This document shows positions 40,762 through 50,377 of a DNA stretch of 64,000 nucleotides, piece by piece (the stretch's first letter is position 1; every line of letters starts with the position of its first letter). Location of the stretch: assembly GCA_905480575.1 (NCBI GenBank), contig CAJQQZ010000046.1:556-64555 (forward strand), given 5' to 3'. The position numbers were made by a program, and so were the translations under genes. Source of the DNA: an uncultured Alphaproteobacteria bacterium (GTDB lineage: Bacteria; Pseudomonadota; Alphaproteobacteria; UBA7985; CAJQQZ01). Below the pieces are notes generated by a model that saw only the letters and a list, made by a program, of their open reading frames with translations, had not been told where the DNA came from and did no database searches.

Positions 40762-42033
40762 TTAACGGAAGCTTCGGAAAACCAAACTAGCGTTTGTTCC
40801 ACCAAATCCGAATGAATTAGACAAAGCAACATCGACCTTACGCTCTTTAGCAACCAATGGGACCAAATCAATTTGATCAGGTGAGCAGCCTTCATCCGGA
40901 TCATGGAGATTCAGCGTCGGTGGAATAACACCCGTTTGGATGGCCTTAATCGCAAAAATGGCCTCCACGCTACCAGCAGCACCTAACAAGTGACCGATGG
41001 CGGATTTTGTCGAAGACATTGATGTTGATTTCATGCTGTCACCGAAAAGACGCTTCACAGCATTAAGTTCGATCAAATCACCCAGAGGCGTCGAAGTGCC
41101 ATGCGCATTAACATAGTCAACTTGTTCTGGGGTAACTTGCGCGCGTTTGAGAGCAGCAGACATCGAACGGAAACCGCCGTTGCCATCTTCGGCAGGTGCA
41201 GTGATATGGTGCGCGTCACCTGACAAACCGTACCCTGTCACTTCCGCGTAGATCTTAGCACCGCGGGCTTTAGCATGTTCTAGTTCTTCCAGGATAAGGA
41301 CACCAGCGCCTTCACCCATGACAAAACCATCACGGCCTTTATCCCAAGGGCGGGAGGCTTCTTCAGGACTGTCGTTGTAAGATGTCGAAAGCGCGCGTGC
41401 AGCAGCAAAACCCGCAACGCCCAATCGTATGATTGCACTTTCGGCACTACCCGCTACCATGACATCCGCATCGTCCAAAGCGATCAAACGAGCCGCATCA
41501 CCGATAGCGTGGGCACCTGTTGAACAAGCTGTGACGACAGAGTGATTAGGGCCCTGGAAACCATAGCGAATTGATACTTGGCCACTGATCAAATTAATCA
41601 ACAGTGATGGGATCATAAAGGGAGAGATGCGCCGAGGCCCTCTCTCATGCAACGTCATCGCTGCTTCAGTCATTGTCTCCAAGCCGCCAATACCACTCCC
41701 GATTAACACCCCAGTGCGGTAACGATCTTCGTCACTTTGGGGTACCCAACCAGAATCGATAACAGCCTCTTGAGCAGCAGCCATACCGTACAGAATGAAC
41801 TGATCAATCTTTCGCTGCTCTTTCGGCGGCAAGACATCTTCTGGATTAAAAGTGCGCCCAGAACCATCACCAATTACGACTTTACCACCAATTTTTGCAG
41901 GCAAATCAGATGTATCGAAATTATCGATTTTCCGAATACCTGATTTACCGGCAACCAAGCGGTCCCAGACTGGACCAACACCAAACCCCAAAGGAGTTAG
42001 TGCGCCCATTCCCGTAACAACGACTCTACGCAT
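40762..42033 (-). CDS. fabF: 3-oxoacyl-ACP synthase II
   Basis: 423 aa of the KAS II family, with active-site Cys context (ACSTGAH) and His/His motifs. Confidence 0.95.
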   Translation of the reverse strand: MRRVVVTGMGALTPLGFGVGPVWDRLVAGKSGIRKIDNFDTSDLPAKIGGKVVIGDGSGRTFNPEDVLPPKEQRKIDQFILYGMAAAQEAVIDSGWVPQSDEDRYRTGVLIGSGIGGLETMTEAAMTLHERGPRRISPFMIPSLLINLISGQVSIRYGFQGPNHSVVTACSTGAHAIGDAARLIALDDADVMVAGSAESAIIRLGVAGFAAARALSTSYNDSPEEASRPWDKGRDGFVMGEGAGVLILEELEHAKARGAKIYAEVTGYGLSGDAHHITAPAEDGNGGFRSMSAALKRAQVTPEQVDYVNAHGTSTPLGDLIELNAVKRLFGDSMKSTSMSSTKSAIGHLLGAAGSVEAIFAIKAIQTGVIPPTLNLHDPDEGCSPDQIDLVPLVAKERKVDVALSNSFGFGGTNASLVFRSFR

Positions 42034-42092
42034 AAATTCTTCCAGAAGATTAATCTAACTGTGAGCCCGATTAAATCGGGCTACTTAGTTAA

Positions 42093-42332
42093 TTAGGCGT
42101 CGCCGTTTTCCGAAATGAAGGAAACAGCATCATTCACTGTTACGATCTTTTCAGCTGCATCATCAGGAATTTCAATTCCAAACTCTTCTTCGAAAGCCAT
42201 TACCAGCTCAACCGTGTCCAAGCTATCAGCGCCTAGATCGTCGATGAAGCTTGCTTCAAGAGAGACTTTTGAATCATCCACACCGAGATGCTCAACGACG
42301 ATTTTCTTTACACGATCTGCTACATCACTCAT
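42093..42332 (-). CDS. acpP: acyl carrier protein
   Basis: Start set at [10 protein letters not shown] (79 aa) with the DSL phosphopantetheine-attachment motif. The track ORF extends 16 codons further upstream, which is probably not translated. Confidence 0.93.
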   Translation of the reverse strand: MSDVADRVKKIVVEHLGVDDSKVSLEASFIDDLGADSLDTVELVMAFEEEFGIEIPDDAAEKIVTVNDAVSFISENGDA

Positions 42333-42533
42333 TTGACTTCTTTCCTTAAGTTGGTGGCTGTGTTCAATCACAGCCCTCATAATAACTTCCGTTTTCGTCC
42401 TCTTCCAGAGGAGGAGCCTGCATAGTCATCTGCAGCCTATATGAAAACGCTACCAATAGCCGCGGCTCTTAGCACGCGTCAACGCCTTTGCCAACGCTCC
42501 TCTACAAAAATTTTGTTCTAAGGAGCTAAGCAG

Positions 42534-43271
42534 TTAGATCATTGCCATTCCACCGTTAATATGGAGCGTCTGGCCAGTCACGTAACTGGCCTCCTCACTA
42601 GCTAGATAAACAACACCCGCAGCGATGTCATCCACGCTGCCCAATCGTCCGGTAGGTACGGCTGTTAGCAACTTATCTTTTTGTTGATCTGTCAAGACGT
42701 CAGTCATCGCTGTTTTGATAAACCCTGGCGCCAAAGAATTAATCGTAATGCCGCGGGATGCAACTTCTTGAGCCAAAGACTTTGACATGCCGATCATGCC
42801 TGCTTTTGACGCTGCATAGTTAGCTTGCCCAGCATTTCCGGTCACGCCAACGATAGAGGTAATGTTGATGATACGACCAAACCTGCGCTTCATCATTCCA
42901 CGCAAAACAGCACGTGTCAGGCGGAATACAGAGCCAAGATTCACTTGAATCACCTCATCCCATTCTTCGTCTTTCATACGCATGCCGATGTTGTCGCGCG
43001 TTAGGCCCGCATTGTTGACAAGAATATCAATGGATCCCAGAGCAGCTTCGACATCCTGGATCAACTTTTGACCTGCACCGTCTTCACCAAGATCGCAAGG
43101 GAAGAACTGAGTGTCGCCACCCATTTCTTTAGCGAGACTCTCAAGCACATCAGCTTTGCGTCCCGTCAAGGCAACTCTGGCCCCTTGCGCCTGGAGAGAT
43201 TTAGCAATTGCTTCACCAATACCACCAGTTGCACCGGTTACGAGTGCGGTTTTACCCTCAAGATTAAACAT
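42534..43271 (-). CDS. fabG: 3-oxoacyl-ACP reductase
   Basis: 245 aa SDR with TGATGGIG and the FabG-typical NAG/YxxxK motifs. Confidence 0.95.
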   Translation of the reverse strand: MFNLEGKTALVTGATGGIGEAIAKSLQAQGARVALTGRKADVLESLAKEMGGDTQFFPCDLGEDGAGQKLIQDVEAALGSIDILVNNAGLTRDNIGMRMKDEEWDEVIQVNLGSVFRLTRAVLRGMMKRRFGRIINITSIVGVTGNAGQANYAASKAGMIGMSKSLAQEVASRGITINSLAPGFIKTAMTDVLTDQQKDKLLTAVPTGRLGSVDDIAAGVVYLASEEASYVTGQTLHINGGMAMI

Positions 43272-43333
43272 GCCTTTAGTCCTTCTTACTGTCGCTCGTT
43301 ATCGATCAGACAACAGAGCCCTATAATGTTTTT

Positions 43334-44272
43334 CTAACGGGCCAAAAATGCGTCAATGTCAGTGGAAGAATTAAGGGCTGCACCGCTTAGTTCTCTAACA
43401 ATACGTTTGGCAAGACCCGAGAGTACTTTCCCTGCTCCAACTTCAACCAATTCAGTGACGCCGCTGTTTGCCATCGCCTGAACTGATTCACTCCAGCGGA
43501 CCCGCCCAGTAACTTGGGTGATCAGTTGGCTGCGAATAGCGTCTGGATCTGTTTGAGGTTCCGTTGAAACGTTCGTCACGACTGGCAAACTTGGAACGGA
43601 AATAGTTGTAGAAGCCAAAGCCTCAGCCATACGTTCCGCCGCGGGTTGCATCATAGAACAATGGAATGGTGCACTGACGGGTAAAAGAACCGCGCGTTTG
43701 GCCCCTGCTTCCTTCGCGGCAACCGCAGCACGGTCGACGGCTTCTTTGGAACCGGACACAACAATTTGCCCCGGCGCATTGTCGTTAGCCACATCACAGA
43801 CCCCATCGCCAGCCGACGCCTCAGCGACTGCGAGAACCTGGTCGATGTTCAATCCAAGAATGGCAGCCATAGCACCTTCACCAACAGGCACAGCCGCTTG
43901 CATCGCCTGTCCACGTAATTTCAACAGTTTCGCAGCGTCGCCAAGCTGCAAAGCGCCAGCCGCTGTCAAGGCTGAGTATTCGCCGAGAGAATGACCCGCA
44001 ACAAACTTCCCTAGTTCTGCGAGTGATTTACCAGCACCAGCTTCTAAGACCCTGGCGGCTGCAATTGATACTGCCATTAGCGCTGGTTGAGCGTTCTCTG
44101 TGAGAGTCAACTCTTCGATAGGGCCGTCAAAAATGAGTGATGTCAGTTTTTGGCCAAGGGCCTCGTCAACTTCTTCGAACACTTGGCGTGCGATAGGCGA
44201 AGAATCGTAAAGATCCTTACCCATGCCAACGGCCTGACTGCCCTGACCTGGAAAAACAAATGCGATTGTCAT
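43334..44272 (-). CDS. fabD: malonyl-CoA:ACP transacylase
   Basis: 312 aa with FPGQGSQ and the GHSLGE active-site serine motif. Confidence 0.95.
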   Translation of the reverse strand: MTIAFVFPGQGSQAVGMGKDLYDSSPIARQVFEEVDEALGQKLTSLIFDGPIEELTLTENAQPALMAVSIAAARVLEAGAGKSLAELGKFVAGHSLGEYSALTAAGALQLGDAAKLLKLRGQAMQAAVPVGEGAMAAILGLNIDQVLAVAEASAGDGVCDVANDNAPGQIVVSGSKEAVDRAAVAAKEAGAKRAVLLPVSAPFHCSMMQPAAERMAEALASTTISVPSLPVVTNVSTEPQTDPDAIRSQLITQVTGRVRWSESVQAMANSGVTELVEVGAGKVLSGLAKRIVRELSGAALNSSTDIDAFLAR

Positions 44273-44524
44273 TAGGAATATCTATCCTTTTCGAATAAGA
44301 GGCCGACAATGCACAGATTCTACTGTGTTTTTTGCCAATTACCACCTCTATTGGTTAAGGTGTCGCGCTGGTAAGCCTCAATCTTGGGCCTGTCAAGGTT
44401 TCCCCGGTTGAGAAGGGTAGGATTCGCGGTTTTCTTGCTTGATTAACAAAGGGAAAGGCCTATAAAGCGCCTGCTCGCAAGCTCCTTGCTGCCTCCTAGC
44501 GAGAATACCGGAGTCAGCTATTGA

Positions 44525-44550
44525 ACTGTCAGTTGGACTTGACAGTTTTT
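44525..44550 (+). promoter_or_regulatory. hairpin + U-run in the rpsF 5' leader (candidate S6:S18 autoregulatory/attenuator element)
   Basis: actgtca-gttggact-tgacagt is a 7-bp stem followed by TTTT, 25 nt upstream of the rpsF ATG and just before the AAGGAG SD. Confidence 0.3.
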
Positions 44551-44575
44551 CATAACCCGTAAGGAGTCCACATAA

Positions 44576-44989
44576 ATGTCACTATACGAATGCGTTTTCA
44601 TGGCGCGTCCGGACATCTCGCCTGCCCAAGTAGATGGCTTGATCGAGACGTTCACAAACATCATCACCGAAGGCAGTGGTTCAGTCGAAAAGACCGAATA
44701 CTGGGGTCTTAGAAACCTAGCCTACCGTGTTAAGAAAAACCGCAAAGCTCACTATGTTCTCCTGAACATCGACTCCCCTTCACCGGCTGTGAAGGAAATG
44801 GAGCGCGTTATGGGTCTCAACGAAGACATTCTTCGCACAATGACGCTCCGCGTTGATGAGCTTGAAACAGAACCTTCCGTCGTTATGCGCAACCGTGGCG
44901 AACGCCGTGGCCGTCGCGAAGACGAAGAAAGCAACCGCAGCGAAAAGCCAGCGGAAGCTAAATCTGAAGAAAAAGAAGGGACCGAATAA
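44576..44989 (+). CDS. rpsF: 30S ribosomal protein S6
   Basis: 137 aa, [13 protein letters not shown]..., with the acidic C-terminal tail typical of S6. Confidence 0.95.
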   Translation: MSLYECVFMARPDISPAQVDGLIETFTNIITEGSGSVEKTEYWGLRNLAYRVKKNRKAHYVLLNIDSPSPAVKEMERVMGLNEDILRTMTLRVDELETEPSVVMRNRGERRGRREDEESNRSEKPAEAKSEEKEGTE

Positions 44990-45234
44990 TGAGACCAGCA
45001 TCTGGTGGCGCTCGTCGCCCTTTCTTCCGCCGTCGCAAATCTTGCCCATTTTCTGGCCCAAATGCTCCAGCAATTGACCACAAAGATGTCAAACTGCTTC
45101 AGCGTTATGTTTCAGAGCGTGGTAAGATCGTTCCTAGCCGCATCACAGCGGTATCAGCAAAGCAACAGCGCAAGCTGGCTAAAGCAATCAAGCGGGCACG
45201 TGTTCTTGCACTCCTGCCATACGTGGTGAGGTAA
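44989..45234 (+). CDS. rpsR: 30S ribosomal protein S18
   Basis: 81 aa with RRRKSCPF and the KxxRxLxKAIKRARxLALLPY signature. Confidence 0.95.
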   Translation: MRPASGGARRPFFRRRKSCPFSGPNAPAIDHKDVKLLQRYVSERGKIVPSRITAVSAKQQRKLAKAIKRARVLALLPYVVR

Positions 45235-45238
45235 GGTC

Positions 45239-45811
45239 ATGCAAGTTATCCTACTCGAAAGAATTGAAAAGCTCGGCCTACTTGGTGACGTTGTTAACGT
45301 TAAGCCTGGTTTTGCTAGAAACTACCTCCTTCCACAAAAGAAAGCTCTTCGTGCGACAAAGTCAAACGTAGACGCTTTTGAAGCACAGCGTGCCCAAATG
45401 GAAGCTGACAACCTTCAGCGCCGTGAAGAAGCTGAAGCAATGGCTGAGAAGATTAACGGTCTTCAAATCGTTATGACACGTCAGGCTTCTGAAGCCAGCG
45501 TGCTTTACGGTTCCGTTTCCGCTCGTGACATTGCTGATGGTGTAACTGCTGCTGGTTTCACGATTGACCGTGGCCAAGTTCCAATTGATCGTCCGATCAA
45601 AACTTTGGGCATTCATGATGCACGTATCCGCCTTCACCCAGAAGTTTCGACTTTTGTGAAGGTCAACATCGCGAAAACTGTCGATGAAGCTGAATCACAG
45701 TGGCAAGCAAGCCTTGCGCCTGTCGTCGAAGAAGCTCCAGTTGTTGAAGAAGCGCCCGTAGTAGAAGAAGACGCACCTGCTGTTGAAGAAGCTGCTAGCG
45801 AAGAAGAATAA
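45239..45811 (+). CDS. rplI: 50S ribosomal protein L9 with C-terminal acidic repeat extension
   Basis: N-terminal [30 protein letters not shown] is canonical L9. The C-terminal roughly 40 aa hold the repeat [31 protein letters not shown]. Confidence 0.9.
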   Translation: MQVILLERIEKLGLLGDVVNVKPGFARNYLLPQKKALRATKSNVDAFEAQRAQMEADNLQRREEAEAMAEKINGLQIVMTRQASEASVLYGSVSARDIADGVTAAGFTIDRGQVPIDRPIKTLGIHDARIRLHPEVSTFVKVNIAKTVDEAESQWQASLAPVVEEAPVVEEAPVVEEDAPAVEEAASEEE

Positions 45812-45836
45812 GTTCTTTTAAGCGACTTTAGTTTAA

Positions 45837-45863
45837 GGCCTGGGCTTTTGCCTGGGCCTTTTT
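45837..45863 (+). terminator. putative rho-independent terminator after rplI
   Basis: ggcctgggc-tttt-gcctgggcc can pair as a 9-bp RNA stem including two G-U wobbles, followed by T5. Coordinates are approximate (+/-1). Confidence 0.45.
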
Positions 45864-45884
45864 CGTTTCCCTCAATTCTTTGTC

Positions 45885-45911
45885 CCTTATTCACCTTATT
45901 CACCTTATTCA
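45885..45911. repeat. 3 x 9-bp tandem repeat (ccttattca)3 in dnaB upstream region
   Basis: Seen directly in the sequence. Too short and too few units for a CRISPR or minisatellite array. Confidence 0.5.
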
Positions 45912-45962
45912 CAGGTAATAAGAGATAGTCTTACCTTCTTCGGACCTGTTATAACCGACTCC

Positions 45963-47459
45963 ATGGCAGCACCACTCGATAATATAGCAGTCCTCCCTGG
46001 GGCTGAGAACGTGAACGACGAACATAGTCGCACTCCCCCTCACAACTATGAGGCTGAGGCCGCCTTGTTGGGCGCTATCCTCGCGAACAACCAGGCTTTG
46101 GAGAAGGTTAGCGATTTTCTTAGGGCCGAGCATTTTGCAGAACCAGCTCACGGTCGTATCTTTGCCGCTATTACCAAGCTGATCGACCGTGGTCAGATCG
46201 CAGATTCCGTCCAGCTCGCTCACTACTTCAACGATGACGAGGCTTTGAAAGAAGTTGGTGGCTCCTCTTATCTTGCTGAACTCCAATCTTCTATTGTCTC
46301 AATCATCAACGCTGCTGATTACGGAAAAACGATCCACGACCTGCACCTTCGCCGCGAACTGATCGCACTGGGCGAAGAAATCGTTAACGAAGCCTTCACG
46401 CTGGACATCGATAACGCCGCTTCACAACAAATCGAAATTGCTGAATCACAACTTTTCAATCTCGCTGAGCATGGCGAAACAGAAAGCGGTATTCGCAAAT
46501 TTTCTAACGTGTTGTCGGAAACCATGGTCATGGCCCAGGCTGCGCACAAACGTGACGGCCAGATGGTTGGTTTGTCCACTGGCCTCCATGACCTAGATCA
46601 CCTCCTGGGTGGACTACACCGTTCTGACTTATTGATCATTGCCGCCCGTCCTGCGATGGGTAAAACAACGCTCGCCACCAACATCGCGTTCAATGCGGCC
46701 CGTAACGACAAAGCCGTCGTAGCTTATTTTTCTTTGGAAATGTCAGGTGAACAGCTGACCACTCGTATGCTTTCTGAACAAGCAGCTGTGCCATCGGAGA
46801 AGATTCGCCGTGGCGAACTCTCCAACGACGAATTCCAAAAGGTCGTGACCGCCAGCCGCGACCTGGAAGACATCACATATTTTATTGATGACACACCGGC
46901 CATTCCGGTCTCGACACTCAGAACAAGAGCCCGCCGCCTAAAACGTCAAAATGGCAAGCTCGACCTAATCTTAGTCGACTATTTACAGCTAATGCGTGGA
47001 ACCGTGGGCGGCAAGGGGCTTGAAAACCGCGTTCAGGAAATCTCTGACATTACACGTGGTTTGAAAGCAATTGCGAAAGAATTGGACGTCCCCGTCATTG
47101 CATTGTCACAGCTGTCCCGCCAAGTCGAAAATCGTGAAGACAAGCGCCCACAACTGGCTGACCTTCGTGAATCAGGTTCTATTGAGCAAGATGCTGACTC
47201 TGTTATGTTCATCTACCGTGAGGAATATTACCTTCAGAAAGCCGAACCGATGCAAAAGCCGGAAGAGTCCGAGATTAAATTCCAAGAACGCTATGCCGAG
47301 TGGCAAGCACGTTGCGAAGAAGTCTACGGCCTGGCGAAGGTCATTGTTGCTAAACAAAGACACGGTCCAACGGGCGATGTTACCCTCACATTTGATGGCG
47401 CTACGACACGTTTTGCTAGCTATAAGCCAGCCGATCAATTGCCGGAGCAAACCTACTAA
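45963..47459 (+). CDS. dnaB: replicative DNA helicase
   Basis: 498 aa with the DnaB N-terminal domain (NYEAEAALLGAIL), Walker A (ARPAMGKTT) and the RecA-like C-terminal domain. Confidence 0.95.
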   Translation: MAAPLDNIAVLPGAENVNDEHSRTPPHNYEAEAALLGAILANNQALEKVSDFLRAEHFAEPAHGRIFAAITKLIDRGQIADSVQLAHYFNDDEALKEVGGSSYLAELQSSIVSIINAADYGKTIHDLHLRRELIALGEEIVNEAFTLDIDNAASQQIEIAESQLFNLAEHGETESGIRKFSNVLSETMVMAQAAHKRDGQMVGLSTGLHDLDHLLGGLHRSDLLIIAARPAMGKTTLATNIAFNAARNDKAVVAYFSLEMSGEQLTTRMLSEQAAVPSEKIRRGELSNDEFQKVVTASRDLEDITYFIDDTPAIPVSTLRTRARRLKRQNGKLDLILVDYLQLMRGTVGGKGLENRVQEISDITRGLKAIAKELDVPVIALSQLSRQVENREDKRPQLADLRESGSIEQDADSVMFIYREEYYLQKAEPMQKPEESEIKFQERYAEWQARCEEVYGLAKVIVAKQRHGPTGDVTLTFDGATTRFASYKPADQLPEQTY

Positions 47460-47512
47460 CCCAGTACTATTCTAATTTGATACTAGTCTAATCTAACACA
47501 CGGGTCCGAACC

Positions 47513-48625
47513 TTGGCTAACAACCACTTTGACGCCTATGCGCCTTCACAATTGCTTATTGATTTGGGCGCAATTCAGCGAAACTATAGACGCCTTTGCC
47601 AGGAATTCGGCTCAGTGGAGTGTGCCGCCGTTGTTAAAGCCAACGGCTACGGACTAGGATCGGTCAAAGTTGTTGAAACTCTGTTGGCCGCCGGTGCTAA
47701 GAATTTCTTTTTTGCCCATCTCGCCGAAGCGCTTGAAGTTAGAGACCACATATCTGAAGGCAACTTCTACGTTTTCAACGGCCTCGGCCTGAACGAAGAA
47801 AAGATCTTTCTTGATCATAACATCATCCCGGCGCTTAACGACCTTGGACAACTAAAAACCTGGAATGACTTCGCTAGACAGCGAAACACTGCGCTCCATG
47901 CAGCCCTTCATATCGACACTGGAATGTCTCGTTTAGGGCTATGTCAAAATGAGGTCCAGCAACTGATTGACGTCCCTGAAGAATTCAAAAAACTTGCTGA
48001 CCCGTTGGTTCTTTCTCACCTTTGCAGCGCGGACGAAATTAACCATCCGTCGAATATGAGCCAATTGATTGAGTTTCGCCAAGTAACCGCGAAGCTACCC
48101 AAGGCACGCCTCAGCCTTGCCAACTCATCTGGCACCTTTAGAGGCAGAGATTTCCATTTCGATTTGGGCCGTCCAGGCGTCGCTCTTTACGGCGTCAATC
48201 CAACCCCTGAAACCTACAACCCTATGGAACCAGTGGTCACAGTTCAATGTCGTATTCTCCAAACCAGAACGATCCCTGCGGGACGCTCTGTTGGTTACGG
48301 CTGCACCTACATTTCCGACAAAGAAACAAGAGTAGCCACGATTGCGATTGGTTACGCCGACGGATATTTGAGAGTACGAGGCAACAAATCGTCAATCATC
48401 ATCAACGGCACCAAAGCCAATGTCATCGGCCGTGTTTCCATGGATACTGTAACCGTTGACGTCACTGACTTCAGCGAGGAAGAGGTCCACGCTGGTGCTT
48501 ATGTCTCAGTGATTGACTCTGTTCATGACATCGATAAACAGGCTAAAGAGGTTGGAACTATTGGCTATGAAGTCCTGACCAACCTTGGTCGCCGGTACCG
48601 AAGAATCTATCAGGAGCCAAGCTAG
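47513..48625 (+). CDS. alr: alanine racemase
   Basis: 370 aa with PLP-lysine motif AVVKANGYGLG and the C-terminal beta domain. Confidence 0.9.
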   Translation: MANNHFDAYAPSQLLIDLGAIQRNYRRLCQEFGSVECAAVVKANGYGLGSVKVVETLLAAGAKNFFFAHLAEALEVRDHISEGNFYVFNGLGLNEEKIFLDHNIIPALNDLGQLKTWNDFARQRNTALHAALHIDTGMSRLGLCQNEVQQLIDVPEEFKKLADPLVLSHLCSADEINHPSNMSQLIEFRQVTAKLPKARLSLANSSGTFRGRDFHFDLGRPGVALYGVNPTPETYNPMEPVVTVQCRILQTRTIPAGRSVGYGCTYISDKETRVATIAIGYADGYLRVRGNKSSIIINGTKANVIGRVSMDTVTVDVTDFSEEEVHAGAYVSVIDSVHDIDKQAKEVGTIGYEVLTNLGRRYRRIYQEPS

Positions 48626-48627
48626 GT

Positions 48628-49401
48628 ATGGAACCATTACGCCGTTTAGGTGAAGCAACACTCGCTCTTTTCACCGCTGTTGGGCGGTTGAGCCTCTTTG
48701 CTGCCAGCGGCATCTTTCATATCTTCAAGCCTCCGTTCCGCGGGAAGATCGTTTTGCACCAAATGGTGGAAGTCGGGTTCTATTCTTTGCCAGTGGTCGG
48801 GCTGACAGCGATCTTTACGGGTATGGTACTCGCCCTACAATCCTATACCGGTTTTGCTCGTTTCTCTGCTGAAAGTGCGATCCCACAGGTTGTTGTCGTC
48901 TCGATCACCAGGGAACTTGGCCCTGTGCTCGCTGGTTTGATGGTCGCTGGTCGTGTCGGCGCTGCTATGGCAGCGGAGATTGGTACAATGCGTGTCACAG
49001 AACAATTGGACGCGCTCAAAACCCTATCAACCAACCCCATGTCTTTCTTGGTGGCTCCGCGGTTGCTGGCTGGTCTGATCACACTGCCTTTACTGGTTGC
49101 CGTAGCTGACGTTATTGGTGTCATGGGCGGCTATTTGGTGTCGATCTACAAGCTTGGTTTCAACCCAGCAACCTATCTGCACAACACAATGCAGTTTCTT
49201 GAGGTCCAAGACGTCGTTTCGGGCTTAGTCAAAGCTTCTGCTTTTGGTTTCATCGTAACACTGTTGGGCTGTTATCACGGTTATCACTCAAAAGGTGGCG
49301 CGCAGGGCGTTGGACAAGCGACAACGAACGCCGTTGTCACAGCCTCCATTCTCATCCTGTGTTCCAACTACCTCATTACTGAACTCTTTTTCTCGAGATG
49401 A
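48628..49401 (+). CDS. mlaE: phospholipid ABC transporter permease MlaE (YrbE family)
   Basis: 257 aa with about 5 TM helices and the conserved MlaE/permease signature. Confidence 0.85.
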   Translation: MEPLRRLGEATLALFTAVGRLSLFAASGIFHIFKPPFRGKIVLHQMVEVGFYSLPVVGLTAIFTGMVLALQSYTGFARFSAESAIPQVVVVSITRELGPVLAGLMVAGRVGAAMAAEIGTMRVTEQLDALKTLSTNPMSFLVAPRLLAGLITLPLLVAVADVIGVMGGYLVSIYKLGFNPATYLHNTMQFLEVQDVVSGLVKASAFGFIVTLLGCYHGYHSKGGAQGVGQATTNAVVTASILILCSNYLITELFFSR

Positions 49402-50180
49402 CCATGACCAGTTCAGTAGCCATATCCATACGCAATCTTCACAAGTCTTTTGGCCCCAAGCATGTCTTAAAGGGCATAAACCTGGACGTCGCAACCAATG
49501 AATCCTTGGTCATCCTTGGTGGTTCTGGTTCCGGGAAATCAGTCCTGCTTAAGTCAATCCTTGGATTGATAGAACCTGATGAAGGCGAGATCTTGATCGA
49601 TGGGCAAAACTCTTTGAACATGTCGCGAAGTGACCGCGAAGATCTGATGGCTAAATTTGGCATGTTGTTTCAGGGTGGCGCGCTGTTTGACTCTCTTCCT
49701 GTGTGGGAGAACGTCAGTTTTCGCCACCTCATCGTCGATAGTATGGCTAGGGGAGAAGCAAAGCAGTTAGCTATTCAAACCTTAGCCAAAGTTGGTCTGT
49801 CAGACGATGTTGCTGATCTTTCGCCATCTGAATTGTCAGGTGGCATGCAAAAACGTGTTGGGCTAGCACGGGCTATCGTGTCCAAGCCCTCAATCATCTT
49901 TTTCGACGAACCCACGACGGGCCTTGATCCCATTATGGCCGACGTCATCAACGATCTCATAAGAGGATCTGTCAGCGACTTAGGGGCCACTGCCCTTTCC
50001 ATCACACACGATATGGCCAGCGCCCGCAAGATATCGGACCGGGTCGCGATGCTTTATCACGGCGAGATTATCTGGCAGGGTCCATCCTCTCAAATGGAGA
50101 ATTCAGGCAACGCCTATGTCGACCAGTTTGTTCACGGCCGCGCAGAGGGTCCAATAGCCATGCCAGTTCTAAAAGGCTGA
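49398..50180 (+). CDS. mlaF: ABC transporter ATP-binding protein MlaF-like
   Basis: 260 aa with Walker A GGSGSGKS, the LSGGMQKRV signature and Walker B IIFFDEPT. Overlaps the mlaE stop. Confidence 0.85.
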   Translation: MTMTSSVAISIRNLHKSFGPKHVLKGINLDVATNESLVILGGSGSGKSVLLKSILGLIEPDEGEILIDGQNSLNMSRSDREDLMAKFGMLFQGGALFDSLPVWENVSFRHLIVDSMARGEAKQLAIQTLAKVGLSDDVADLSPSELSGGMQKRVGLARAIVSKPSIIFFDEPTTGLDPIMADVINDLIRGSVSDLGATALSITHDMASARKISDRVAMLYHGEIIWQGPSSQMENSGNAYVDQFVHGRAEGPIAMPVLKG

Positions 50181-50377
50181 GAAGGGAAGCAAGCTGTCAC
50201 AAATTGTGATTGTTGCAATCTGGCAATTCATAAATCATAAGATCGCAGCAAACTTAATGTGGACAAAAAGTGAACATTTGCTATTCTCATACCTCAGTCA
50301 CAACCGAATTTTCCACAACAAATGAACTGTTTTGGTTTGGACGCTTCTTTTCTCTATAACGAACACTAGGCGCTAGA

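Noticed and set aside
42333-42380. 16-codon N-terminal extension of acpP
   Set aside because: ACP is highly conserved at about 78 aa, starting MSD/MSDxA. The extension is probably untranslated.
45885-45911. Tandem repeat as a CRISPR or minisatellite array
   Set aside because: Only three 9-bp units with no spacers, and no cas genes anywhere in the window.
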